NCBI GenBank assembly: GCA_965223415.1
Contig: OZ245002.1
Location: forward strand, 224,001-288,000
DNA: 64,000 nt
Direction: 5' to 3'
Source of the DNA: Myxococcota bacterium
GTDB lineage: Bacteria > Myxococcota_A > UBA9160 > UBA6930
A program made the position numbers and the translations under genes. The notes beneath the pieces were generated by a model. It saw only the letters and a list, made by a program, of their open reading frames with translations. It had not been told where the DNA came from and made no database searches. This document shows positions 56,650 to 64,000 of this stretch, one piece after another (the first letter of the stretch is position 1; the number at the start of each line of letters is the position of its first letter).

Positions 56650-56686
56650 TCGACAGTCTAGTCGATATCGACAGATCTGTCGATAT
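56650..56686 (-). promoter_or_regulatory. Tandem TetR-type operators overlapping the tetR promoter
   Basis: TCGAC-N6-GTCGA at 56650 and 56668, the second inside the perfect 22-bp palindrome atatcgacagatctgtcgatat; minus strand TCGACA-N17-TAGACT. Confidence 0.8.
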
Positions 56687-56728
56687 TGCCGCTCAATCGA
56701 AGGCCCGGAAAGACCGATTCGGAGAGCG

Positions 56729-59329
56729 ATGGGGAACGGCTCCGGAAGGACGTGCGGCCCGGCCACCTGGGCGCTCGCCCTCGCGCTGACGTGCGCGAGC
56801 GTGGGCGCGAGTGCTCCCGCGTGGGGCGACGAGGCGGCCTCCTCGCGCTCCGTGGACGCCCTCCAGGCCGAGGCGGCGCGCTACCAGCGCGAGGGGCGTT
56901 GGGAGGAGGCGGAAGCGACCCTCAAGGAGGCGATCGCCCGAGCGCCGGGGCGCAAGGAGCTCTACGAGGCACTGGCGGACGTGCACCTCCGGGAGGGCAA
57001 GGCGCCGACACCGGAGAGCGTCGCCGAGACCGCAGAGCCCGCCGCGCCGCGCCCGCCGGAGACCTCCCTCGATACCCTGCTTCGCCAGGTGGAAGCGCTC
57101 GGTGCGGACCAGGCCGAGCTCGCCGTGCTGGTGGCGGTCGGGCTACTGGTCCTGCTCGTGCTGGTCATGGGCCTTCGCGCCGTGCTGCGGCGTCCGGCCC
57201 AGCTCGCCGTGGAGATCGATCTCCCGCCGGGCCGCGGCGGCACCTTCTGCGTACGGCTCGCGAAGCAGCGTCCCCCCGCGCGGCGCCTCGATCCGGACTT
57301 CCGGCCGGCGGAGCGGAGCTCGACCCCCCTGGAACACTACGGGGTCTCGCGGGAGACGCTCTTCCAGGACGTGCCGACCCGCGGCGGGTGGGTGGTGCTC
57401 GAAGGCCGCCTGTCCGACGGCGAGGTCGTGGCCCGGGAGATCGAGGTGCTGCCGACCGCGGGCAGCGTCGCGAGGGTGAAGTTCGACCTGGCGCCGGAGG
57501 CGTGCGTCATCGACGTGCAGCTCCGCCACGACCAGCGACGCATCGAAGGGCACGTGGCCGTGGCCGGGGATCCGGACTCCCTGCGTCGCTCCAAGCACGG
57601 AACCGTGCGGCTGCGGCTCCCGCCGGGCCGTCACCAGCTGCTCGCGGCCGGCGAAGGCTGCGGCGCCGAGCGGGCGATCGAGATCGAGGACTTCGCACCC
57701 GTCAGCCTGGAATGGAACTTCGGCGAAGGGGCCGAGCTGCTGTTCTCCGATTGCGACGAGGCGGTGCTCCCGTTCTTGCGCGGCGATCTCTCGGTGGCGG
57801 CCGGCGCCTTGGAACGGGCGGGCCAGGCGGAGCGCGGCGCGCTCCTGGAGGCGCGCTTCCACCGGGACCGCGGCGCCGTGGATCGCGCGGTCGAGCGCTT
57901 CGAGCAGGCGGGCCGGCGGCTCGAGGCCGCCGAGCTGCTGGCCGAGAACGGGCGTTTCGAGGACGCGGCGCGGCGCTTCGAACAGGCCGGCGACCTCGAG
58001 CGCGCGGCGGAGATGTTCAACGCCGAGGGCGATCTGCTGCGCGCGGCCAAGGCCTACATGGATGCGGACGACCTGGAATCGGCCATCGTCTGCTGCCGCG
58101 AGGCCGGAGACGTGCCCCTCCTGATCGACGTGCTCGAGAAGAAGGGCGACCACTTCGAAGCCGGCCAGCTGGCCATGGATCGGAACGACGTGGAGCGGGC
58201 GATCCGGAACTTCCAGCGGGTCGACGCACGCCACGAGCAGTACTTCCAGGCTTGCCGCATCCTCGCCGAGGCCTTCGAGAAGCAGGGCAAGGACGAGCTG
58301 GCCATCCAGAAGGCGGACGAAGCGGTGAGCATCCGCAGCGCCGACGAGCTGACGCCGAAGCTGCGGGTGTGGCACGCGAACCTGCTCGACCGGGCCGGCC
58401 GCCCGGACCGTGCGGTGAAGCTCCTGCAGGCGCTGCGCGACGAGCTGCCGGAGCGCATGCCGAACCTGGACACCCACATCGAGGCGGTGCGGCGCCGGGC
58501 GGAGGAGATGTCCGCCGGCTCACTGCGCGCGTTCGGGGACGAGAGCCGGTACGAGCTCCACGAGCAGATCGGCAGCGGGGGCATGGGCGTCGTCTACCGG
58601 GCAACGGACCGGCGCCTGGGACGGGACGTGGCGCTCAAGCGACTGCCCGAGAACCTGAAGGACCATCCCAAGGCGGTGGAGCTCTTCCTCCGCGAGGCCC
58701 AGGCGGCGGCGAGCCTGAACCATCCCAACATCGTGACCGTGCACGACGTCGACGCCGAGGGCGGGGTCTACTTCATCACCATGGAGCTCCTGCGCGGCTC
58801 GAACCTGCTGCAGCTGGTGCGCGCGAAGGGGCGGCTCACCTGGGCCGACGCCGCGCGCCTCGGCATCCAGGCCGCGACGGGCCTGGGCTACGCCCACGCC
58901 CAGGGCATCATCCACCGCGACGTGAAGAGCGCGAACCTCTTCTTCACCGACGACAAGATGCTGAAGATCATGGACTTCGGTCTCGCCAAGATGGCCGCCG
59001 AGGTGCGCAAGGCCACGACCGTGACGGGCGGCACGCCCTACTACATGGCGCCGGAGCAGGGCCGCGAGGCCGACGCCGTCGACCACCGCGCCGACCTCTA
59101 CGCCCTCGGCGTGACCCTCTTCGAGCTGCTCAGCGGCCGCCGCCCCTTCGAGGAAGGCGACGTCGCCGCCCACCACCGCGACACCCCGGCCCCGGACCCC
59201 CGCATCCACGGCATCGACCTCCCCGAAGCCTTCGCCAACCTCGTCGCTCAGCTCCTCGCCAAGGACCCGGAAGCCCGCCCCGCCACCACCGACCGCCTCA
59301 TCCGCAGCCTCAAGGCGATCGTTGCGTGA
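56729..59329 (+). CDS. Membrane Ser/Thr protein kinase with TPR-like repeats and C-terminal kinase domain
   Basis: Signal peptide, TPR, TM helix, helical repeats; IGSGGMG, VALK, HRDVKSAN, DFG, GTPYYMAPE. Confidence 0.93.
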   Translation: MGNGSGRTCGPATWALALALTCASVGASAPAWGDEAASSRSVDALQAEAARYQREGRWEEAEATLKEAIARAPGRKELYEALADVHLREGKAPTPESVAETAEPAAPRPPETSLDTLLRQVEALGADQAELAVLVAVGLLVLLVLVMGLRAVLRRPAQLAVEIDLPPGRGGTFCVRLAKQRPPARRLDPDFRPAERSSTPLEHYGVSRETLFQDVPTRGGWVVLEGRLSDGEVVAREIEVLPTAGSVARVKFDLAPEACVIDVQLRHDQRRIEGHVAVAGDPDSLRRSKHGTVRLRLPPGRHQLLAAGEGCGAERAIEIEDFAPVSLEWNFGEGAELLFSDCDEAVLPFLRGDLSVAAGALERAGQAERGALLEARFHRDRGAVDRAVERFEQAGRRLEAAELLAENGRFEDAARRFEQAGDLERAAEMFNAEGDLLRAAKAYMDADDLESAIVCCREAGDVPLLIDVLEKKGDHFEAGQLAMDRNDVERAIRNFQRVDARHEQYFQACRILAEAFEKQGKDELAIQKADEAVSIRSADELTPKLRVWHANLLDRAGRPDRAVKLLQALRDELPERMPNLDTHIEAVRRRAEEMSAGSLRAFGDESRYELHEQIGSGGMGVVYRATDRRLGRDVALKRLPENLKDHPKAVELFLREAQAAASLNHPNIVTVHDVDAEGGVYFITMELLRGSNLLQLVRAKGRLTWADAARLGIQAATGLGYAHAQGIIHRDVKSANLFFTDDKMLKIMDFGLAKMAAEVRKATTVTGGTPYYMAPEQGREADAVDHRADLYALGVTLFELLSGRRPFEEGDVAAHHRDTPAPDPRIHGIDLPEAFANLVAQLLAKDPEARPATTDRLIRSLKAIVA

Positions 59330-59393
59330 GGGGCCGGTTCCGTTTGTTGCGTTGCGAAGCAACGCAACAAACGGAACCGGCCCCTTACGCAAC
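59321..59393. repeat. 73-bp palindrome with GAA loop (family C)
   Basis: 35-bp stem with one G-T mismatch; contains the stop codons of both flanking convergent genes. Confidence 0.92.
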
Positions 59394-60353
59394 ACCGAGG
59401 CCGGCGGCCTGGCGGGCGGCTTGCAGGATGGGGGCGCTGAGCTCGCGGGCGCGGCCGGCGCCGGAGGCGAAGATGTCCTCGAGGTCGCCCGGGCGGGCGG
59501 CGAGCTCCTCGCGGCGCTCTCGCATCGGAGCGAAGGCGTCCATGATGCGCTCGAAGAGGTCCTTCTTGACGTCGCCGTAGCCGAGGCCGCCGGCCTCGGC
59601 GCGGACGAACATCTCCTCCCGCTCCGGCTTGGTCGCGAAGAGCGACCAGAGCTGGAAGAGCGTCTGGTCCGTGTCCTTCGGGTCCTCGACCGGCGTCGAA
59701 TCGGTGACGATCCCCATCACCGCCTTGCGCAGCTGCTTCTTCGGCCAGAACATGCGCAGCACGTTGCCGTAGCTCTTGCTCATCTTGCGCCCGTCCACCC
59801 CGGGCACGACCGCGACGCTCTCCAGGATGTACGGCTCCGGGAGCTGGAAGACCTCCCGGTCGTAGGCCTGGTTGAACTTCACCGCGATGTCGCGGGTCAT
59901 CTCCAGGTGCTGCTTCTGGTCCTGCCCCACCGGCACCAGCTCCGGGTTGTACTGCAGGATGTCCGCCGCCATCAGCACCGGATAGGCGAAGAGCCCGTGA
60001 TCCGGCTGGATGCCCTGGGCCACCTTGTCCTTGTAGGAGTGAGCCCGTTGCAGGAGGCCCATGGGCGTCACCGTCGTGAGCAGCCAGGTGAGCTCGCAGG
60101 TCTCCGGCACGTCCGACTGCCGGTAGAGGATCGCGGTCGACGGATCGAGGCCGCAGGCCAGGTAGTCGAGGGCCGCCTCGACCACGAGCCGCCGGCGCTC
60201 CTCCGGATCGCGCACCGACGTCATCGAGTGATAGTCGGCGACGAAATAGATGCCCTGCCCCTTCGCCTGCAGATCGACGTGCTGGCGGATCGCGCCCAGG
60301 TAGTTGCCGATGTGCTGCTCGCCGGAGGGCTGGATGCCCGAGAGGATTCGCAT
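59385..60353 (-). CDS. trpS: Tryptophan-tRNA ligase
   Basis: SGIQPSG..HIGNY, YPVLMAADIL, VPVGQDQKQH, KMSKS. Confidence 0.98.
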   Translation of the reverse strand: MRILSGIQPSGEQHIGNYLGAIRQHVDLQAKGQGIYFVADYHSMTSVRDPEERRRLVVEAALDYLACGLDPSTAILYRQSDVPETCELTWLLTTVTPMGLLQRAHSYKDKVAQGIQPDHGLFAYPVLMAADILQYNPELVPVGQDQKQHLEMTRDIAVKFNQAYDREVFQLPEPYILESVAVVPGVDGRKMSKSYGNVLRMFWPKKQLRKAVMGIVTDSTPVEDPKDTDQTLFQLWSLFATKPEREEMFVRAEAGGLGYGDVKKDLFERIMDAFAPMRERREELAARPGDLEDIFASGAGRARELSAPILQAARQAAGLGVA

Positions 60354-60355
60354 GC

Positions 60356-61306
60356 TCACGCGTCCACGTAGTGGAGCCAGTGCTCGAAGGCCGGCTCCTT
60401 GCCCGCGACCACTTCGCGGAACTGTCGCCCGAGCGCCTGGCTCACGGGCCCCGGACACTCGCTCCCGATCTCCTGATCGTCCACCGACGCGATCGGCCAG
60501 ACGCCCGCGGTGGTCCCGGTGAGGAACGCCTCGGCCGCGCCCAGCAGGGCCTCCCGGCTGATCCGCGTCTCCTCGACGGGAATCTTGGCGTGCTGGGCCA
60601 GCGCGAGGATCGAGCGCCGCGTCACGCCGAGCAGCACCGACTCCTCGGGAGGCGTGCGCAGCACGCCCTCGCCGTCGACCAGGAAGAAGTTCGTCGTCGG
60701 CCCCTCGGCGACGAAGCCCTCCTCGTCCACCAGCAGCACCTCGTCGTAGCCGCGGCGCCGCGCCGCCCACTTCGCCGCCATCGGTGACGTGTAGTTGGCC
60801 GCCACCTTCGCGTGGGGGTGCATGATGTCCGGCCGGCGCTGCCGGCGCTCCTTCTCCAGCCACACGCGCACGGCGCCCGGCGGCGCGGGCACAGGACGCG
60901 ACTTGTGGACGAGCACGTCCGCCCGCGGGTCGAAGGCCGCCGCCGCCACCGCCACGTGATCGTCCACGGGCACCACATCCACCTCGACGGAGGGCACGTA
61001 GGCCTGCAGCTTCACCACCTTGGCGCCCGGGTTCGCGCGCACCGCCGCCTTGCAGGCCTCCGCGAGCTCCTCGGCCCCGAGCCCGAGCGGCAGCCCGACC
61101 AGCTCCGCCGAGATGAGGAAGCGCCCCACGTGGTCGGGCAGGCGGAAGATCGCCGCGCCGCGAGGGGTGACGTGGACGCTCATGAAGTCGAAGACGAGAG
61201 AGCCCCGGGCGTGGCTGTGGGAGAGCACGTGCACCGTCGCCTCGCCCCAGGGGACGAGGCGGCCGTCGAGCCAGATCTTCCGGTCCGGTTGGTGCTGGGG
61301 CGGCAT
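60356..61306 (-). CDS. Class IV aminotransferase (branched-chain/IlvE-like)
   Basis: IWLDG, IFRL.DH..RF, AKVAANY, EGPTTNFF, LLGVTR, EAFLTGT. Confidence 0.93.
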   Translation of the reverse strand: MPPQHQPDRKIWLDGRLVPWGEATVHVLSHSHARGSLVFDFMSVHVTPRGAAIFRLPDHVGRFLISAELVGLPLGLGAEELAEACKAAVRANPGAKVVKLQAYVPSVEVDVVPVDDHVAVAAAAFDPRADVLVHKSRPVPAPPGAVRVWLEKERRQRRPDIMHPHAKVAANYTSPMAAKWAARRRGYDEVLLVDEEGFVAEGPTTNFFLVDGEGVLRTPPEESVLLGVTRRSILALAQHAKIPVEETRISREALLGAAEAFLTGTTAGVWPIASVDDQEIGSECPGPVSQALGRQFREVVAGKEPAFEHWLHYVDA

Positions 61307-61457
61307 GGGGTCCTCGCGGGAAGGCCGGAGGATACCGGCCGGTCCCGAGGGCGCAGCGCTCCGCCCAGCGCGCCCCGCGGGGATCCGAATCGGAAATTGC
61401 CGATTCCCTGCCACGTCCGCGCCCCTCCGGCCCACTCAAGGACAGGAGGCATCATCC

Positions 61458-61562
61458 ATGGCGAAGGCAATCCGCAAGGCGAGGAACGTGGTGTCGGCGA
61501 GTGCCGGCCTGTACCGGGAGCTGGCGCTCTCGGCAGCCAGCCTGCTCCAGCGCCGCGCCTAG
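61458..61562 (+). CDS. Candidate small basic protein (34 aa)
   Basis: AGGAGG RBS 8 nt before ATG; MAKAIRKARNVVSASAGLYRELALSAASLLQRRA; GC hairpin after the stop. Confidence 0.5.
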   Translation: MAKAIRKARNVVSASAGLYRELALSAASLLQRRA

Positions 61563-61720
61563 CGCCTCCGAGCCCCTCGGGGTTCAGGCGAGGCAGGGCC
61601 TCGCCGACAAGCTTTCCAGCGGTTCGAGCGCGTGAGCCGCGAACTCCAGCAAGCCGCCACGGTCCAACACGTGGCGGCTTTGCTATTCCCGCGCGCCGTC
61701 GAGGGCCGGGGCTCCAGGCG

Positions 61721-62047
61721 TCAGCGCGGGGCGCCCACCGCCTCCGAGGGAGGGTGGGGCTCCGCGGGCGCCGGCTCGTTCGTCGCGACCCGGGGCTCCA
61801 TCCCGACCCGCGCGACCCGCGGCCGTGCCAGCAGCGCCGGCTCGTTCGCCCGCACCCAGGTACGGGCGGCCAGGGCCAGGGCGAAGAGCAGGCAGACGCC
61901 TCCCCCCAGCACGAAGTCGTAGGGCGTCAGCCCGAGTACGGTGAAGCTCGAGCCGAGGGCGAGCCACAGGGCCTTGTGGACGAAGGCCCACATCAGCCCG
62001 GTCCAGGCGATCAGGATCAGCAGGTCGATGAGCGGCAGCACGGGCAT
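61721..62047 (-). CDS. Small two-TM membrane protein, unknown function
   Basis: RBS aggagg; MPVLPLIDLLILIAW... with two hydrophobic helices. Confidence 0.7.
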   Translation of the reverse strand: MPVLPLIDLLILIAWTGLMWAFVHKALWLALGSSFTVLGLTPYDFVLGGGVCLLFALALAARTWVRANEPALLARPRVARVGMEPRVATNEPAPAEPHPPSEAVGAPR

Positions 62048-62130
62048 GGCGGTGGGCCTCCTGGGCAAATCCAGCCCCTGGCGCGCGCGACGATCCCGGT
62101 TGGGCGGGGTCGATCGCCCGGCTCCCCATG

Positions 62131-62715
62131 CTACGCCCGACGCGCCCGCCGGGTCAATCGGCAGCTGGCCAGGGCGCAGAGGGCCACCGCGAGCGCGGCC
62201 AAGCCCGGCTCCGGCACCGCCGCGCCCCGCCGCAGGTCGGCCCGCAGCCGGACGGCCAGCTGGAGCCCCAACGCCTCGTCCCCCGAGGCGCCGTTGGTGC
62301 CGTTCAGGAAGAGCCACCCGTCCCGCAGCTCGCTCCCCCCGCTCGGGAAGGCGTGGTCGAGGAAGGTGAAGACGCCGTGGCCCCGGGTGAAGAGCTGGGC
62401 CACCACCCCGTCCGGGCCGCCGTGGAGATCGATCGTGCCCTTCCGCACGCGGACCCGCTCGCCCCCCTCGATCCGGAGCACGCCCCGCACGCCGACCATC
62501 CGGCCACCGAGGCGATCCCCGACCAGCTCGCCGGTCACGCCCCGCGCATCCTCGCCCTCGGTGCACACCTCCGCCCCCGCAACCCGCTCGCAGGCCGCCG
62601 AAGCGTCGTGCGCCACCCCGGGCCGCCCGGATTCGATCACCAGCCGAACCGGTACAGCCGAAGCCGACGAAGCCGCCAGCAGCCCCGCCAGAACGCACCA
62701 CCCCCGTACGCGCAT
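62131..62715 (-). CDS. PEP-CTERM sorting-domain protein
   Basis: Signal peptide ...ASSASA-VPV; C-terminal VPEPG + hydrophobic helix + RRARRA. Confidence 0.85.
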   Translation of the reverse strand: MRVRGWCVLAGLLAASSASAVPVRLVIESGRPGVAHDASAACERVAGAEVCTEGEDARGVTGELVGDRLGGRMVGVRGVLRIEGGERVRVRKGTIDLHGGPDGVVAQLFTRGHGVFTFLDHAFPSGGSELRDGWLFLNGTNGASGDEALGLQLAVRLRADLRRGAAVPEPGLAALAVALCALASCRLTRRARRA

Positions 62716-62759
62716 GTCCCCTCCCCCGCCCTGCCTGTCGGCCGGGAGCCGCGCCCACT

Positions 62760-62794
62760 GAACGCAAGAGTGGGGACGTTCCTTGCGAATTGCG
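62760..62794. repeat. Single arm of the family A palindrome
   Basis: 32/35 identical to 27793-27827. Confidence 0.85.
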
Positions 62795-62821
62795 TTCTTG
62801 GGACGGGGAGTGTGGTCCGGG

Positions 62822-63595
62822 CTAGGGAACCACCTGCCAGCCCGACTCGCTGTAGCCGAGCAGCCGCTGCACCTCGGGCGGCGCCGCGCGTACGACGTCG
62901 ATTCCCGCCGTGATGAGGTGATCCTCGAGGGGCCGCAGCCAGCTCACCAGGTAGCCGACATAGCATCCGATGCGGACTTCCGGCGTGCGGTTCGCCCCGC
63001 CGCGGTGCACGACGTCGCCGTCGTAGAGCAGCACCGACCCCTTCGCCATGACCGCCCGACACGCCTCGCCCTCGGTGGACCTGCGCTCCTTCGGCCAGCG
63101 ATGGCTCCCGGGAACCACCACCGTGGCGCCGTTCTCCTCGGTGAAGTCCGTCAGCGCCACGTTCGCGCTGAACAGGACAGGCGGCCGCGGCGCCGGAACG
63201 AAGGGCCACGAATCCGCATCCCGGTGCAGCTCCTGGATCGTTTCCCCCTCCCCGAGCGCCATGAGCTCGCCCGTGCTGATGCGCACCGACCGCCCGTGCC
63301 CCGCGAGCCGCCGCCGCGCGAGCCCCACCAGCCACGGATCCGCGATCAGCTCCCCGTAGGCCGACGAGCGCGCCAGGAGCCCGTGGAGCCGCTTCGTCCG
63401 GAAGCCGAAGAAGGCATCCGGCTTGCCGCCGTCCGTGTTCGACCAGCCGACGGCATCGAGATGGGGCTCGAAGTCCGCGCGGAGGCGATCCGCCCGGGCG
63501 CCGGAGAGCAGGCCCTCGAGGATGACGCCGCCGTCCCGATCGAGGGCCGCGAGGATCTCGGCCGCCGGAGCCTCTCGGGGCAGGGTCGTGAGCAC
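62822..63595 (-). CDS. Phytanoyl-CoA dioxygenase (PhyH) family protein
   Basis: QELHRD, DFTEENGATVVVPGSH, HRGGAN..R. Confidence 0.92.
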   Translation of the reverse strand: MLTTLPREAPAAEILAALDRDGGVILEGLLSGARADRLRADFEPHLDAVGWSNTDGGKPDAFFGFRTKRLHGLLARSSAYGELIADPWLVGLARRRLAGHGRSVRISTGELMALGEGETIQELHRDADSWPFVPAPRPPVLFSANVALTDFTEENGATVVVPGSHRWPKERRSTEGEACRAVMAKGSVLLYDGDVVHRGGANRTPEVRIGCYVGYLVSWLRPLEDHLITAGIDVVRAAPPEVQRLLGYSESGWQVVP

Positions 63596-63742
63596 GTGCG
63601 AACCTCCCGGCGATGCGGTCGCTTCGGGCCCGCCCGAGCCCCGCTGCGTCGATGGCGACCCCCGGGGCCCCTCGTTACCCTGGTTCGCCACGGTGCACCC
63701 AGGCCACGGGCCGACCAGCAGCCCGCGACGCCGCACCGCCGA

Positions 63743-63818
63743 GCCAACGTAGCTCAGCTGGTAGAGCAGCTGATTCGTAATCAGCAGGTCAGCGGTTCGA
63801 GTCCGCTCGTTGGCTCCA
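63743..63818 (+). tRNA. tRNA-Thr(CGT)
   Basis: Acceptor gccaacg/cgttggc, D-arm, anticodon stem gctga/tcagc with loop ttCGTaa, GTTCGA, encoded CCA. Confidence 0.98.
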
Positions 63819-63891
63819 GCTTGCGCTGTGGCGGTCCCATGAGACGCGCGCCCTTCGGTACCCTGCACCTCGCTCGCGAGAGGAGCCACCG

Positions 63892-64000
63892 ATGCAACAT
63901 TTCCAAGGTCGCGTCGCCGTCGTGACCGGAGCCGCCAGCGGAATCGGCTTCGCCACCGCTGAGCGGCTCGCCCGGGAAGGCATGCGCGTCGTCCTCGCGG
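63892..64000 (+). CDS. SDR family oxidoreductase (5' part)
   Basis: RBS agga; [19 protein letters not shown] (TGxxxGIG). Confidence 0.9.
   Translation, partial: MQHFQGRVAVVTGAASGIGFATAERLAREGMRVVLA

Noticed and set aside
63743..64000. Integrative element at tRNA-Thr
   Set aside because: The next gene is an SDR; no integrase or duplicated tRNA 3' end was seen in the window

Overview
High-GC bacterial chromosome segment. The gene repertoire (PEP-CTERM protein, sigma-54 activator, TPR/Ser-Thr kinase) suggests a Deltaproteobacteria/Myxococcota-like lineage; this is inference. 1-20 kb is a mixed-orientation surface-polysaccharide locus with GT4s, two flippases, a Wzy/GT-C-like protein, two sulfotransferases, phosphatase/kinase/nucleotidyltransferase-like genes and a GH42-like protein, interrupted by a 1.66-kb IS with clear TIRs and a CTAG duplication. 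20-46 kb is mostly housekeeping: HK/NtrC pair, ligA, rsmI, rpsP-KH-rimM-trmD-rplS, tsaC, purD, thiSG plus thiE-like, three HtrA proteases, aqpZ, galK, clpB. 46-64 kb holds the most unusual content: (i) an Elp3 + Trm9-like + SpoU cluster, a candidate bacterial mcm5U34 pathway; (ii) a TetR / SAM-methyltransferase / fused HgcAB-like corrinoid-ferredoxin operon with tandem operators; (iii) a Phe/Tyr/Trp-rich leader peptide attenuator ahead of DAHP synthase; (iv) a bacterioferritin lacking both ferroxidase His ligands; (v) a copper-chaperone trio. Long (70-90 bp) palindromes and orphan PEP-CTERM-like gene fragments occupy several convergent gene junctions. Three single-base frameshifts may be sequencing errors. 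All product calls come from motif recognition; no database searches were run.
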